64,000 nt of DNA from Botryllus schlosseri (Eukaryota), in NCBI GenBank assembly GCA_051294905.1, contig CM119372.1, positions 2,916,001 to 2,980,000 of the forward strand, written 5' to 3'. Each line of letters begins with the position of its first letter. Within the stretch, counting starts at the first letter, position 1. The position numbers and the translations under genes are program-made. Of this stretch, positions 48,401-62,262 are shown one piece after another. The notes under the pieces were generated by a model. It saw only the letters and a list, made by a program, of their open reading frames with translations, did no database searches and was not told where the DNA came from.

Positions 48401-51400
48401 GAAATAGTCCCACAGGCTGCGAAGCAGAGCTGGACAGCTAACATTTTCAGCAGTTTACAATTAGGATTATAGCGAAACGGTAGCTAGCCTACCTCTGCAT
48501 CTTACCATCCAGCTAATTCAAAAGCATGCACATATAGAATTCTATAGATTCTATATCGGTTATTTTAGCATTGACTGACGCAGATTGGCGAGTGCTATAC
48601 ATTGAAATGAACTGAAAATGCATATCATTACCACAACATACTATTATTTTGTCGTTATGAGATAGCTCGTCATACATTCCATAAAATTGTGTCGAAATGT
48701 ACTCTACACAGAGACGATATATAAAGGTCTATGACCAGCAGAACTCAAGATATATCCTTGTCTGACGGGTATTCAATATTCATCCATGCATTTGACACTA
48801 GACTCCAAGAATTCTCTTTATAGATTTTCAGAAGCGGCCTTGGAAGGATTTAGACATAACTAATATATATCCCTCAATTTAGCATTCATATACAGAAATG
48901 GAAAATAACTATTCATAGAAACAAACAACAACTGTCGTCTATTATATTTTTGTGGCATATCTAGAGGTTAATAAGAGCCGCAAGAAGGCTACCTTGGAGC
49001 CGCATGCGGCACTGAGAGCCGCGGTTGGGAATCACTGTTTACATGTTCTCCTGTCGCAATTTCAGGAAAACCAGAAATTAGATTAGAATTAAAATTAGAG
49101 CAAATAAACACGTCACAAATTAGATTAGAATTAGAGAATAAAAACATTTAAAAAATTTGACTAGAATTATCCATAGTTATCCAGTTGTCCAAGTCTACTG
49201 TGAAGAGATGCGTGACAGAAATTTCGCTACGGGTTATGGCGCGCGACCTAGATATAACAGAGAGTGCAATTATAAATTTCGTGAAAATATTAGCTGCAGT
49301 CCGAATACGATGGTATACTGAATGAAATGGCTGCTGTCATGTCAACCTTTTTCACACTATTAACTTGCATTTGAGACCATATCATAGTTACAGCGCAGTG
49401 CCCCTTGACATAAAACAGCCCTGTGGACACGTTTTATTCAGTAAAATATTGAAAATGAACAACGCTAGTGCGTGACAATTGGGAATTTTTGCAATCATGC
49501 GCACATACGCGCAATTTCTGTTTATGAGACTTCACTCCCTTAAAGCTGCTGGATATTGTATTACACTGAATGTTAGTAAGCAAAATTCATGAATTTGATT
49601 TCAAATCGGAGTACTGAGATGAGCCTGCAGGGCATGCGTGGAAAATTACAGTAACTGAATGACTCAAACTTTGATCTAAGCTGGTCTTGTGGGGCGTGGT
49701 GAGTTCTGTTCACGCAGGTTACATCACCATTTGGCACATTGTAGGGGTTGTATACAGAAACAAAACCCAATACACCAGTGGGATATGATGTCAAACAGTG
49801 CACTTGGCTCATTTACGTAACGTTAAATTAATATTTTCTGCCGGAAAGTGATAATGATGTCTATTATGCTCTAGGGTAGGGTTGAAATAGGCACGTTACG
49901 CGATTTTCGTTTAATTATGTAGATAAGCTTACGTTACTGATACTTATAACAGATTTCCACTCAAAACGTAGCTATGTCTAAATCCATGCGGCTCAAGGCA
50001 GTTAATAAAGATTGTTAGCAGTAACAGAGAGGTGCAATTTGTGCACGCTTTGTCGTAATGAGACAACCTTGCAATAAAGGAAGGTAAATGATGAACTCTT
50101 TAGCTTAACAAATTCAATTCAATAAGAAATGGATTATCATTCATAGGTATTTTGTGTACTACGAGTTGCAAATTTGACAAACAAAACCCATTGCAGTCGT
50201 AAACCACAGGGTATTTGTGATATGACGAGAGCCAGTCTTTACCTGGTCCCCAGGCGCATAGACACTGGGAGAGACCATGATTCCGGAGAATTTATTACAA
50301 TATGCTTTAAAAGTATTATTTGCGAGCTAGTTAGTGATGAATCAGTATTTCGTAAACTGAATACGCAGTAAATTATTCACAAGAGATTACATCCACGAAT
50401 ACGCATGAATACAGCCAGGATTAAAACGTTGGAGGCCAGACATACAGCGAAATGATGCCAAAAATGCAGAGTGAAATTACGAGAAAGTTGGCGACATCGC
50501 GTTCAGAAAATCTACATTGCGTCGAGGTATAGGGCGCATAATATTTCCTTTCTGTTGACGACAGTGGTCTTATGGGTCATCACTTCATCACGTAACACGC
50601 ATTGCAGTTACAATATATTTGAATCAAGTACACTTATATTAAGGAACAGCTTTCAAAGTTTGAATGACCCCTCATATCGAACGCATCACGGAAATATAGC
50701 GACATACGCCGGCCATTTTGATTATTCGATAAAATCATTTCATGTAACAGTAAATCGCGGTGATTGCTCCTGTCGGTTTAACGACACCACGCCTCATTGT
50801 GGTCACACAGACATAAATTTTCAACAGCGAAAGTAGGAATTATATTTCAGGTTAGCGATAGTAATTAAGGCTCAGATTTCCGACGGGTCGCTTTATGCCA
50901 GTTTTATAAAAACAACCACAAAACTGCACAATTTCACTGACATAACTGTTATAAACGGACGCCGAAGAGGCTATTGAAATACTAAAAACTGGCCACCATC
51001 TGATAGGAACGTACGCGAAGGTAAGGTACAGGAAAGTGGACAATTATGAGTACCGGTAAAAAGGATACCATATTTTCACGAGACACTACTTGCTGACATA
51101 CAGTCGACTCCGATTTATGCGGACACCGATAATCCGGACAAGAGCTTCATTCAGGCCAAAATGCTCAGGAACGGAACAAAAAAAATGTTACACGTACGAA
51201 CAAGGTTAATTCGGACAGTTATCCGCTTAATGCGAACACAGGCTTGCAATTCCTATAGTTCGGTTAAGAAACAATACCCGGTACTTCGTTCTAACAAAAG
51301 ATGATGGATTATAGTGATTGGGTACAATTGTAGAACAGCTTGGTTTGGTACAGGAATGTTTAGCAGAGAAAGTGAAATTGCTCACTTACGTAAACAAAGG

Positions 51401-54400
51401 AAAGGGATATATACACTTATACAGCTAACGACGTACTACAGTCGAGGTATTTTGGTAATTTCTGGGCAGGGATAAACGTATTAATAATCACTCTGCGATC
51501 GATTCACAGTTGAAACAAAGAAACTTACCATTTTCCATTATCCACGAGATTTTTGGAGCTGGTCGACAGCCACCCACGACTTCGCACTTCAAAGTGTCTG
51601 TAGTGCGATCACGAGTTATCTTGACTCTCTCGGGCGGGAAATTGACTACGATCTCGACTTCTTTGGAGCTCTGGCCGATCTCGTTATCGGCATGGCAAGA
51701 ATACGAACCAGCCATGTCTCTTGAGACTTTCCGGACGCGATATTCGTAGCCGGTAGCTACCTCTTTACCTGTGAAATGAATTAATTAATTATTAAATAAA
51801 TAAATTATTTTTTGTGATCAGGTCGGTCATCGATATGAGGCTTAGAAAATATATCGAAACAAAGTGAGTCATGTTTCATTTCAGTAGGCTAGGCGGAGTG
51901 ATGTGTGGACGTCAAATCGATATTTACCAATGCCAATTCTATCTCTAGCATTTATAACAGTGGTACTTGGACTGCCATCCGAATCTGAGTTTAATGGCAT
52001 CTCGCTACGGTTAATTCCAGCCGAGGTTTTATCGATGCCAATCTTATTCAGCCGTATGCTGACTAGGGATGGTGTGAACGTAAGGTTCACGTTCGCGTTC
52101 TGTGTGTGAACCTCAGAAAAATAGAGGTTTACGTTCACAAACGTACCTTGGTAGGTTCCGCACTGTGAACCTTTTTCATTTATTACAATTTTCACTTCAT
52201 TATAACACCTTATTTGGTGGAAATTCGTTGCACTCTATGCATAGCGCTGGTAGCATGAAAAAATCAACATTAAACGTGCATGCACCTTGACAATTTCAAA
52301 GATTTACTGGATTTGTTACAAAAGTTTGCTCGAAATATCCACTTTTCCGTTTGAGTATATTAATGACTCTTAGTTGTGAGCTTGACCCGCAATCACTATC
52401 ATACAACATCAAGAGCGAAATACACTACATATACGTAGTCAGCTAATGATGCTTATTCAACCAATCAATGGAATTGATATCGTTGTCTGATGTAAAAAAA
52501 AATCAAGCAGGCGTACGGTGTCAATCTTGATTTCATATGTTTATTGAATCATAAAAACCAAATTCGTGCGATTGGGGTGTTGGCTTGTTGCTTGTTGCTT
52601 TATAACTTATTGTTAATGGGTTAATATCGGTAGCAAGTACCGACACCCTTGCAAGTCGTCATTGAAATGGTTGGCGAAGCAACGGAAGATATTGATTTTA
52701 TGGGATTATTATGTCATTTGATCGCCCCAGTTGATATATTTGGCGACGTTTAAAACGCCAATATGTACTTCAGCATTGTGGCATTAAGGTGCCCGAGTCG
52801 TCGCTAGGTATCGTGTACTACTGTACATTAATATAGGCTTTCAATTCACTGAAATGTAGGGTTGGAATTAACAATATGACGTCACGTGACGTCATGAGGT
52901 TCACGTTCGCGTTCACACAGAACCTTTCAAAAAGGTTCGCGTTCACACGAACCTGAACCTTTCAGAGGTTCACACTATCCCTAATGCTGGCCAAAACGCA
53001 ACCAATTATTCCACACCCCCTACACTAGAGCATCCCAACGGCCTCCGTTGATGTTTTCCAGAGAGACCAATGTCGGACAAATCTTATTATGAATCCGAAC
53101 CAAATTGTTTACTAGCAAGGTCGGCACATTTTCATGATCAAGCCAAATTGTAGTCATGACATTTCTGCGTGTCTCGCTTCACGGCTATAGGACCCAACAC
53201 GGTGACCTCGGATAAAGGTAAACCAGGGGTGTCAGACATACGGCCCGCCAGACCATTGCATCCGGCCCGCGAGGCCATTCTAAGCTGAGAAATCCAGCAC
53301 ATTTTTAACAGAGGTTGAGATTTTTAGTAATAAATCCTTCGACGTAAGTACTAAATAATCCCTCAAGACAGTAATGTCGAACGCATTCATAGTCATAGAA
53401 TGGACCAAATAATACTATTCACAGAAGCGGAAATGACAATGCGAAAACATTGTAAACCGTTGTAGAATACATGGAGCTACACGAAGAATATAATTCAAAT
53501 TTCTTTGGTTACTCTTCTGTTTACCTGACTCTGACCAAAAGGCCCCAGCGCAGTTCTCAAGAGAAACTTGAATGGTGAATTGGTCAGGTGATACAAAAAT
53601 TAACGCACAAATTTCTGACGCCCGCGTTTACAATCAATCAAGAGTTCCTCACCACGAATACGTAGGGTCAACGATGCATCATGCGTAATACAGAGGGAGT
53701 ATTGAAATATTTCAACTTATATCGTCGTTAGAGACACTGGTTGAGTGTTGTGTATTTAATCAGCCAATCACGCAATTTTTGCCAATTCCATTGCTTGCAA
53801 TTAGCTGTGTTGCTCCAATGGAGCCCGCACGATCCGTGATATAATAGGGTTACCATATTTTGGAAATCTGAAACGAGGACATTTTTTCAAAATTTTCAGA
53901 CTTGCAAAACCGGAGGAAAATCCTGAATAAATGGTAAATTACCCCACTTCGTGGTCGGTTGATCAAAAAAAGTTCAACTTTTTGGCTCAGCTCCAGAAAC
54001 ACAGTTTTTCTCTCACTTTATCCGTTAGTTGACAAAAAAGTCAACTTTCCGGCCCAGCTCCCGAAATACCCGCCGGAGCGTTGCTTCAGTGCTGATATTT
54101 ACTGTATCTAAGTCGAATTTTGTCTTATATTTAACCAAAATTCTTAAAAAAAAGAGGACATTTGGGCGTCCTCCGAATACACTTTCCAAAAAGTCAAAAA
54201 AGAGGACAAATCCTATTAAAAGAGGACGTATGGTAACCCTATGTTATAAAATAAAATACTATTATGCATAGCGTTGATAATAATGCAATTCCATTGGAGA
54301 ACGAGGGTATCGAATTGGAAGTAACACATTGGAATCATTTGACTGGTCCGGCTCGCGAGCGATGAAAACTTTTGAATCCGGCCCGCGACCCAAGTTGAGT

Positions 54401-57400
54401 TTGACACCCCTGGCGTAAACAAACAACAGGAAATGGCGCGAATCGCGAAGAATATTTTTCGTTGTCAGAAATTCAACAAGTAGTACATCCGAAACGATGT
54501 AAATAAGTCGAAACACCTACTCTAAGAGCCCATGATTTGTAAACGATTTGCAACTAGGTAATCTCCATCATGCTATTGCGTTTCGACCGCACAATACCAT
54601 GCCACTTCCACTTTCCAATATTAACCCTTGCATTTCTGAACTCAAAAAGCAGTATGGGCAGGGCAATCTTAAAATGAGCATGACAGTCGAACATCACGAG
54701 TTAAAGCAACAACATAATGCAGAAATGGTTCTGGGCTGAAATACCGCATTGGCGTAGCACGCACATGTCAATATTGGGAGGTAGAATTGATATACTGCAG
54801 AGTTATTCGTCGACAGGTGAAATGAGTCTAATATTTCATCATCTTCTGGTAAAAAAAGGCTGAATTAAGCAATATTCACAGATAAACGGGACGACAAAGC
54901 AAGAGGTAATATAATATAAACTATTGTAAGGTTTCGGGGAACGACGAGAAACCCACAGATGTCAAAACTACTTCAAGTAGAGGTCGGAAGAGGGCACGTC
55001 GGTGGTTAGCAACTTGAACAATGCATCTTTGTGACTAGCGCAAACTGACTACCGGTATTGACGGTGCAAATAGGTACAATCTTCGACACTCTATTCAGCA
55101 GTTACTGTGGTGGTCATTTCGCCTGCACACAAAAAAATCTGGTAGATTTACAAAGAAATTTCTGTAAATTTTACAACGAATTACCGTTCGCAGCCAATAG
55201 CAGCGTGTAGCTTGTCATTTTACATTTTGATATGTAATATTACATTAATTTAGCTGCTAAGTCAAGTTACCAGAATTTCTTCGCAAGGTTACGGACAGTT
55301 ACTCGCTACGGCATTTTACCATGCTATTGGCAAAATTGACTAGCTTCCAAGCCCCGGCAACCAGTGGATACGTGGAAGTGCATGTCACTGTGATATCATT
55401 CTCGTTGCGATTTGACCTGATTCAACCTCGTTCGCGAGACAGGATTAGGTCACACGGAACTGGCTGACCCTAGTACCAATTTCGGTATAGTGCATAGTTG
55501 GGTGCATGAAGCAGCTGACAATGTAGTTACACCATAGACATTATATTATAAGGCTATGGCTACACGGTCGGTCTCGGCGGCTAGATTTGTTGTAACAGAT
55601 AGGGCTAATGAGTTACATAAATCAGTTTAGGATATATCACCTTATTCCTAAAACTAGAAATGCCAGCACAGCAGGCTCAGTTGACCATTTTTTTAAATGG
55701 CGGACAGGGCGACCTATATTAGGTTACCTTAGGTTGCGCGTTGAGGGTGTTTCTGAGATTCGTAGTAAACAACCAACAATCAACTGTGACATCACAAATA
55801 GCGTCCGGTTAGGTAAGTAGGGAACCACATGTGGAGCAATAAATATCAATATATACGAAATTAGATGCGAAAGAAAGGGACTATAGGTGTTGATAGATGT
55901 TTCTGTATGAAAAAACAACCTGGATTGAACATTATAACGTGAACAGTAAATATTGTTGGTGGCATATGTGAGCGGATGAATATCACTTATTTCAAAGTCG
56001 TCTGCGTGTCGAGCCGAGTAGCCGACTGGTCGGTCATTAATATTGAGCCATGGTGCTCCTGTCAGAAATGTGTTGCCAACTTAGCCCAAAACTATCTTTT
56101 AGTTTTCAAAAACCAAAGTATGAAAGATAAGTAGCTTTGCCAAAAAACTTTTCGAGTAGAAGTTGAAACACTCGATGCTGTACGAGCTAAACAGATAAAT
56201 TTGAACTTGAAAGTTGTTCTTAGTGACCCAAGATATACGAAAAGGTTGTTGACGATTGAAATAGCATACCTAATAGCCCGGGCAAATTTTTGTTGCGTTC
56301 AGATCGTGTGAAAGTTGCACTTCATTTTAACAAAAGTTTCAAAATAAGGTTGCATTTATATATATTTTTTAATTATTTGGGTAAGAGATACTCGAAAAAT
56401 TCCCTTTTATAACTCAACAGCAGGGCTGATCAAAAATAACTTATTTTTCTTGATTCCAGTCGTTCAGTTATCAAATTGTCAGGTTACCCTAAAAAACGCT
56501 GCACACCAAATTTGGTTCAATTCTAACAAGTATAGGGCTCCGCAGATCCAATTAAATTTTTTAATTCAAATAGGAAAAGTTTAAAAAAATTTTTTTTAAT
56601 TTTTCTTACAACACCATGAAATTGTTGAGCTGTGTTCAGAGACGATGCAAAATAAATTTGACTCAATTCCAACCAGTAGAAGCGGAGTTATTGGAGTTTT
56701 TCGTTGATATTTCTCGGATTATCCTTGATTGGTGGATAATCTGAGGATTATCAACGAAAAACTCCAATACTTCCGCTTCTACTAGTTGGAATTGAGTCAA
56801 ATTTGTTCTGCATCGTCTCTGAAGACAGCTCCACAATTTCATGGGGTTGACAGAAAAATTTGAATTTTTTTTCCAATTTTCCTATTTAAATTAAAAATTT
56901 TAATTGGATCTGCGGAGCCCTATACTTGTTAGAATTGAACCAAATTTGGTGTGCAGCGTTTTTTAGGGTAACCTGCCAATTTAATGACTGAATGGCTGGA
57001 ATCCAGAACAAAAAGCTATTTTTGAACAGCCCTACTCCACAGTTTAGGATTTGTAGGGTGTCTGCTTGTCCCGTTTCTTTCTTCGCTATTCAATCGATCA
57101 TGCATACACTTTTATGTTCGTTAATAGGTTCGAAACCTACATGACAGCTTTTCGCTGTCGTGTAGAGCTGTCAAATTTGGTACTTTCCCATTTCACGGAC
57201 GGCCTGGCGAGACCGCCGAAAATTACATTTTCGCTGGTACGCAGCAAGAAAATAACGCAATGCCGAAATAATATTCCGCCAAAAGCCAAACAGCAAAGCA
57301 AACTCAGTCCTCCCACTCCGCAAAAACAATTCAAATACCACACCCCCAACGCCCTAGGCCTGCAAACTTTATTCATGCAATTTAGCAAAACTCAGTGTTG

Positions 57401-60400
57401 GTGACTTGAACAAAAAAAAATAGTTTGATATACATGACGCCCCAGTGCAAATGTAATTTTCGGCTGTCTCACCCGGGCATCCTTGAAATGGAAAAGGCCC
57501 TCAAGTTTAAACGACAGTAAATTAATTAACCTAGCGACCATTTTCATGTAGTTCGGGCACTGTCGTGCTTGGCTGGGGTTGTTGAATTCTAGCTTGCAAG
57601 ATTGCGTCATAGATTACATCGATATGCAGCTAATCCATCACATAGATCTTTGCTATGCGTATCAATGAGAATAGAACCATACTAGAAATAGTTAAGAGCA
57701 CACTATCTAAATCACTCGATGAAAGTTGCAGTAAAAAGTTGCATGAAAAATGGAATAACATCATACTACATAAATTCTGAGTATTTATGAGAGAGCGAGA
57801 GAGTCTTTATTTTCATCCAACCAAAATCCAGAAAAAAACAGACGGCAATGATAGTGGTACATAAAATATGCGTGCACAGTATTCGGTATCAGATAGGAAT
57901 GATCGGTACGACCGTAAAGGTCAACTAGTCTGATCACTACAAGTAGCTATACAATGAACATATACACATGAATTGTATGAGTGTGAACTTTGTACTTTTA
58001 GACTCTGTTTTCAGTTGTATCGAAGAAATATATGTATAGTATGCATATAATTCTACATCACTTAGACTGAGCTATGCTACGTATTTATTCGATTCGAAAT
58101 CCCCAAAATAAATCCTTCAGATGTCGCGCACAAAACCTTAATGTGGTAAGCGCCGCTACCAAAATTTTGCTAACAATAAAATTAAAATAATGACAATTCT
58201 AGGTAGGTGTGAGCATTCTCCGATACTTTTTCATTCCAATATCGCGTTTTTGTCTACTCCATAACATCAAACAATTGATCTCAACGCTCGCGTGGATGAT
58301 AAATGCTATCAACATGTATACAATGATTTGAATCACTGATAATGTGCAGCATGCACTCCCTTCCCTATCTGGAACCTGATTGAATCACCGAATCGTTATC
58401 AACATTGCTATAAAGTATCGAACTGACTTTGTAGAACAGTATTGAGTCACTAAACAACTGTCAAAAGCACCCAGAGTTGGAATAATATATGGTTAAGTGT
58501 CAAGCAGTGTTACAGATACTCGTCAATCACGGTATTGTTTTGTCTCGAGCTGGTGTAATTTCTACAACACTGACTACTTTGCCCACCTCTTCCTGTAACC
58601 TATCAGAAATAGATCAACATTCCCAGTATATCAATCGCAGACTTCCTACACTGTTAGCAGCGCAAAAGAGTGAGTGAATATACAGTTATACACCCATGTC
58701 GCACGAAACCAGAACCTGCCTCAGACTTATACCACGGTATAAATCCAGTACAACATTTTAATCCAAATTATGCATGCAAATAGAAACGTATGACGGTATG
58801 CGCGTGGGCACATATGGGATTTATCGCCACGATATAATTCTGAGTTGGGTTCTTTTTTCGCGTATCACCCTTTTGGAGTGAAAATACGCTCTTATCGCTG
58901 AGGGCATAGTTAACATATAGCACCATGTCACCAAAATTGGCGATATTTTCACCTCTAATGGTCGATACCGATATTCATATCAAAGTATCGACTCCAGATT
59001 ATCGGCTAACCCAGTGGTTCCAACCGGGGGGGGATTCCCCCCTTAGGGGAAATTTTGAAATTTTTAGGGGGGAATATGGCTTTAGGATTGTATCGGAAGA
59101 TACACTGGGTGTACAAGGTGTTTAGATTTTTATGGTAGAACTGTTAAGTATGAAACTAGTTCTTTACAATTGTATGATTCCTTGGCGGGTTTTAGGGCTA
59201 GGTGTAGGCCTATGTATAAATGCCTTCCGTAGATATTACACCCCCGATAAAGTGAGGCTCGCGAGACGATTTCGCTGGGCCCGTGACAGCCTCACGACCA
59301 AACTGCTTCTAAGCTGGGAAAAGTCGAGCCAAATTCAGCACAACGTCACTGGTGAAAATGTTTACCTTTTTAAGCCAACCAGAAGAGCTAACGTGAAAAA
59401 CATACCAAATTCATCGATTCACCTCAACGCCATAGCAAGCGGAGTTGGTGATTTATTTCTCGTCAGCGGCTGCCGGACCGGTAAAAAACAGGTCAAATTT
59501 AGCTGTATTTTGCCAAAGTGTAGTGCGGTCCGCATTTGGCATAGTTCGAACATATCTGAATATGTTTGACCATGTATTGCTCAGTCAAGAATAATGGTTG
59601 TGCGTTAAAGAGTACCTTTTTTAGTCACAGGTAACATTTTCATACGGGGGAATTTTAGCTCAAATATCTCGGCCGAGGGGTCCACGATACGAAAAAGGTT
59701 GGAAACCACTGGGTTAACCCGATAATCTATCGGGGTCTAGTTTTGATAGATAAAAAAATAAAAAAAAATAAATGATTACCTGCGAGTTTCCAAATATATG
59801 TACTCTTGGGGTAAGCCGGAGCGTCACACATCAGAAAAAGGCTGTAACCCTCACGAATCACTCTTTCTCCGGTAATATTCACGTCGGTTGGCGGGTCTGT
59901 GATGAATGGATATTGGTTACGCGCTACTTCGTTAACACACATTCATCTCTTCTGCTTAGCACAGGGTTGGGCAAACTTTTCATCACACGGGCCGCATTGA
60001 ACATCTGAATCCATTCGCGGGCCGCACTATATTAAATTTGGATTATTAGCTTAAGCGCAATATTTTTATGTAATTATACAGGGACCGAGGAATTATGGAT
60101 GTGATATCTATGTATATAATAAAAACTAATCAAATAATAATATACACGCGTCAGAAACATTGACAAGATTTTTTACGCTGGCCGTCCTCAACAAGCAATT
60201 TGGTAAAATTTGGGATGAAAGGCGGCGGTGTCAATTCTTAAAAGAGGATGTAAATTTAACTCTGTGAGGAGAAAAGATCCGTTCATCGAATTGCCGATTC
60301 TACGTTTGGTTTACCTCCAGGACAGGCAATGCTGACAGCATCATAATTATGCTACCTTAAATATACGCTTCTACAATATATAGTTAATATAAATATAAAA

Positions 60401-61814
60401 TACTTCTACACATATCGAGGACATACATATACCTAACTTAACACACGCGTCGCAAATACAATCACATAAGTAATAAAATTGCTGCAGTTTCGCACTCATG
60501 ATCAAAAATCAGAATTATGTTATTTCCGTTTTGAGTTTCTGTGATGTTTGCCAAATGAAACCTTGGAAAATACGTAAGCCTTGAGATCAGGCTACTACGT
60601 CAGCAATAAAATAAACATCATAGTAAGAAATATTAACAAATGGTATTGCCAAGTCGCTGCAAAGATTGCACTTCACTACGCATTATATTTTCTAGAGGAT
60701 TTCGCGGACCGCACAAAACGGTGTTCTGGGCCGCATGCGGCCAGTGAGCCGTAGTTTTCCCACCCCTCGCTTAGCACATCTCTATAGTGCTATCATCGGA
60801 TGTCAGATATGGCATAACACAGCATAACTAGTCATTTCCGAAAATATATTGTTGAGATAAATCTGGAGGTACGCAGAACCACCACGTGGAATTGCATGCA
60901 TACGTATACTTGAAGCTTCCGGGTAGCACTGTTCCGGGGCAATCACCAACAACGCAGATTTCTTATTATTATTGAAGGGCACTGCACCCTAAATATGACG
61001 TGTCAAATAAAAGATATAAGTGTTAAACAACAGCAAGCCTTTCCCTCGGAGAATCAATGTATTCAATCCGCAGGTAAAAGATTCACAAGAGTGGTACTTT
61101 CCAGTCGAGCTCATCTCTGAGGTGTCGAGGTAACGCGTCATCGCTTCATGCCACATATGATGCAGATTTACCCGACACGGAATCGAATAGTCAAATACTC
61201 CATTTTGCCAATGGTTCGATACTGTTCTACCGACGTTTAAGATTTGAAACCTACAATGATCGTATAACTGCATACAAAACATGTAATACACACTACCCAG
61301 TATCCATATGCTAGTCAAAATATCATTTCTGTGAAGTCATGATCAACCCACAGTATTGCCACAAAATGCAATGAAATAGTAAGGGTCAAAAATCACCCAA
61401 TTATCTTTATATGGCATAGACCTGGCATTATTTTACTTGTGCTCGCAGAAAAGGTACATATATCTGAAATCTTCATAGCACTTATATTCTTATGACGTCG
61501 AAATGGGTATACTCTATATAGAGTCGAATCACTCGGGTAATTCAGTTTGCCAAGCCCTAGTTACGCCAAGGCACAAAACTACAAAATGGTGTCGGAAAAA
61601 TGAAGTCGTTACCAGAATGGTTCTACTTACGCGGGATCCTGGACAAGTAGGGTCGCGATTCGTATGTTTTGCCCGCAATTTTCGCGACACAGGTGAAATT
61701 CTCTCGTAACGAATTTGGATGTGACGTCATCAAATGTCGAGGTACAATCAAATCCACTGTTATGGTGGACATGCCAGCTACGCTGATGTGCCCCTTCATT
61801 TCTCCAGGAAGATC
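42434..61814 (-). CDS. Ig-superfamily type-I transmembrane receptor/adhesion protein (5' part not identified; 499 aa recovered)
   Basis: Exons (-) 61814-61631, 59896-59780, 51768-51529, 47867-47739, 46134-46023, 43151-42434 (1500 nt, GT-AG, phases consistent). ...NFTCVAK... (end of one Ig domain); LMCDAPAYPKSTYIWK...DMAGSYSCHADNEIG; LKCEVVGGCRPAPKISW...GIYQCIAENDLG; TM WIYAVVGVGVAVFVVTAVLVFLG-RK; ~240-aa tail ending SHIVV. Confidence 0.9.
43741..43927. mobile_element. Short hAT-like MITE
   Basis: Ends caacgttccctctaa / ttagcgggaacaatg; TSD tttccaac / cttccaac; tgcgca repeats. Confidence 0.75.
44180..44690 (-). repeat. Copy of the unclassified repeat at 13149-14000
   Basis: tgcaactttt repeats; ends gcaaaaacgtgcccta. 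Confidence 0.7.
44868..45136 (-). mobile_element. SINE family A copy
   Basis: Reverse complement of 1169-1451; (AAAC)-type tail. Confidence 0.88.
46717..47331. mobile_element. 615-bp foldback (palindromic) DNA element
   Basis: Arms of ~300 bp almost perfectly inverted about ~47024; ends tggggctgttcaaaaa / tttttgtacagcccta; TSD gtgtgcat / gtgtacat. Confidence 0.93.
48480..49037 (-). mobile_element. Partial inverted copy of the 23724-25843 MITE
   Basis: Ends gagccgcggttgggaatcactg; collinear with 23724-24357. Confidence 0.8.
51101..51300. mobile_element. Tc1/mariner-pogo-like MITE end
   Basis: ta-cagtcgactccgatttatgcggacac with repeated taatccggac/taattcggac motifs; the other end was not found. 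Confidence 0.5.
52064..52983. mobile_element. hAT-like MITE, second copy of 6781-7792
   Basis: Same TIRs; TSD atgctgac / atgctggc. Confidence 0.92.
53224..54412. mobile_element. hAT-like MITE with nested MITE
   Basis: TIRs caggggtgtcagac / gtttgacacccctg; flanks aggtaaac / gcgtaaac. Confidence 0.85.
53845..54241. mobile_element. hAT-like MITE, inverted copy of 5647-6050
   Basis: TIR tagggttaccata / tatggtaacccta; TSD tgatataa / tgttataa. Confidence 0.9.
55533..55558. mobile_element. 26-bp hairpin with 7-bp TSD (putative P-element excision footprint)
   Basis: catagacattata-ttataaggctatg; flanks gttacac / gctacac. Confidence 0.55.
56421..57034. mobile_element. Second copy of the 615-bp foldback element
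   Basis: Palindromic about ~56728; TSD ctcaacag / ctccacag; inserted into a copy of the 13149-type repeat (56280-57790). Confidence 0.93.
57790..57940 (-). repeat. Retroelement-3'-end-like repeat; uninterrupted paralog of 6676-6778 + 7793-7842
   Basis: ttattttcatccaaccaaaat...cacagtattcggtatcagataggaatgatcg...ctagtctgatcac; on the minus strand it ends AATAAA-(TC)n. Confidence 0.75.
59012..59711. mobile_element. hAT-like MITE
   Basis: TIRs cagtggttccaacc / ggttggaaaccactg; TSD ggctaacc / ggttaacc. Confidence 0.88.
59962..60768. mobile_element. hAT-like MITE
   Basis: TIRs cagggttgggcaaact / agttttcccacccctc; perfect TSD gcttagca; gcgggccgca motifs. Confidence 0.88.
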
Positions 61815-62262
61815 CTGAATTCAATTATGTTAGGACCGTTTTAGTCGAGAAGGTGGCGTTGTTAATTTAGTTTTAGACCTAGATCAGGTATCTTTCGTTC
61901 AATGAATTAGCCTAGCACATACCTTATTAGAGCGCAACATTACCCAAAGAATCACGAATGGCGAGAAATGACTCTCATGCGGTCACGGTCGCTATGTAGA
62001 CACGATTTAAACAACATTGGAAAGGGCAGAACTGGGCCTCAGACAGAAGCTCTATCATGGCATTGGCTATTGTTTTGAGACTTGCCGATAGCCATGATTC
62101 TGATACCGCCAATATGGACAGGCCGATGTATCGGCCAACTTTTTTGCCTTGTTGACACCCTTTTGAAATCTTCTGTTTTATACCAATATTAAAATGACTT
62201 GAAAATATATTCTGTTCTGGTGTGTGAGTATACTTAATAAACGTTTTTTTGTTTGTCTAGAG

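Noticed and set aside
49573..49812. Minus-strand ORF with VTCV as a possible Ig exon
   Set aside because: Not needed: 51529 joins 47867 in frame to complete the domain; no convincing splice sites.
59132..59569. 145-aa ORF
   Set aside because: Lies inside MITE 59012-59711; no transposase motifs seen.
60989..61318. Minus-strand ORF and acceptor at 61250 inside an Ig-gene intron
   Set aside because: Splicing from 61631 gives RFKS-stop; the long frame is phase-incompatible and has no Ig features.
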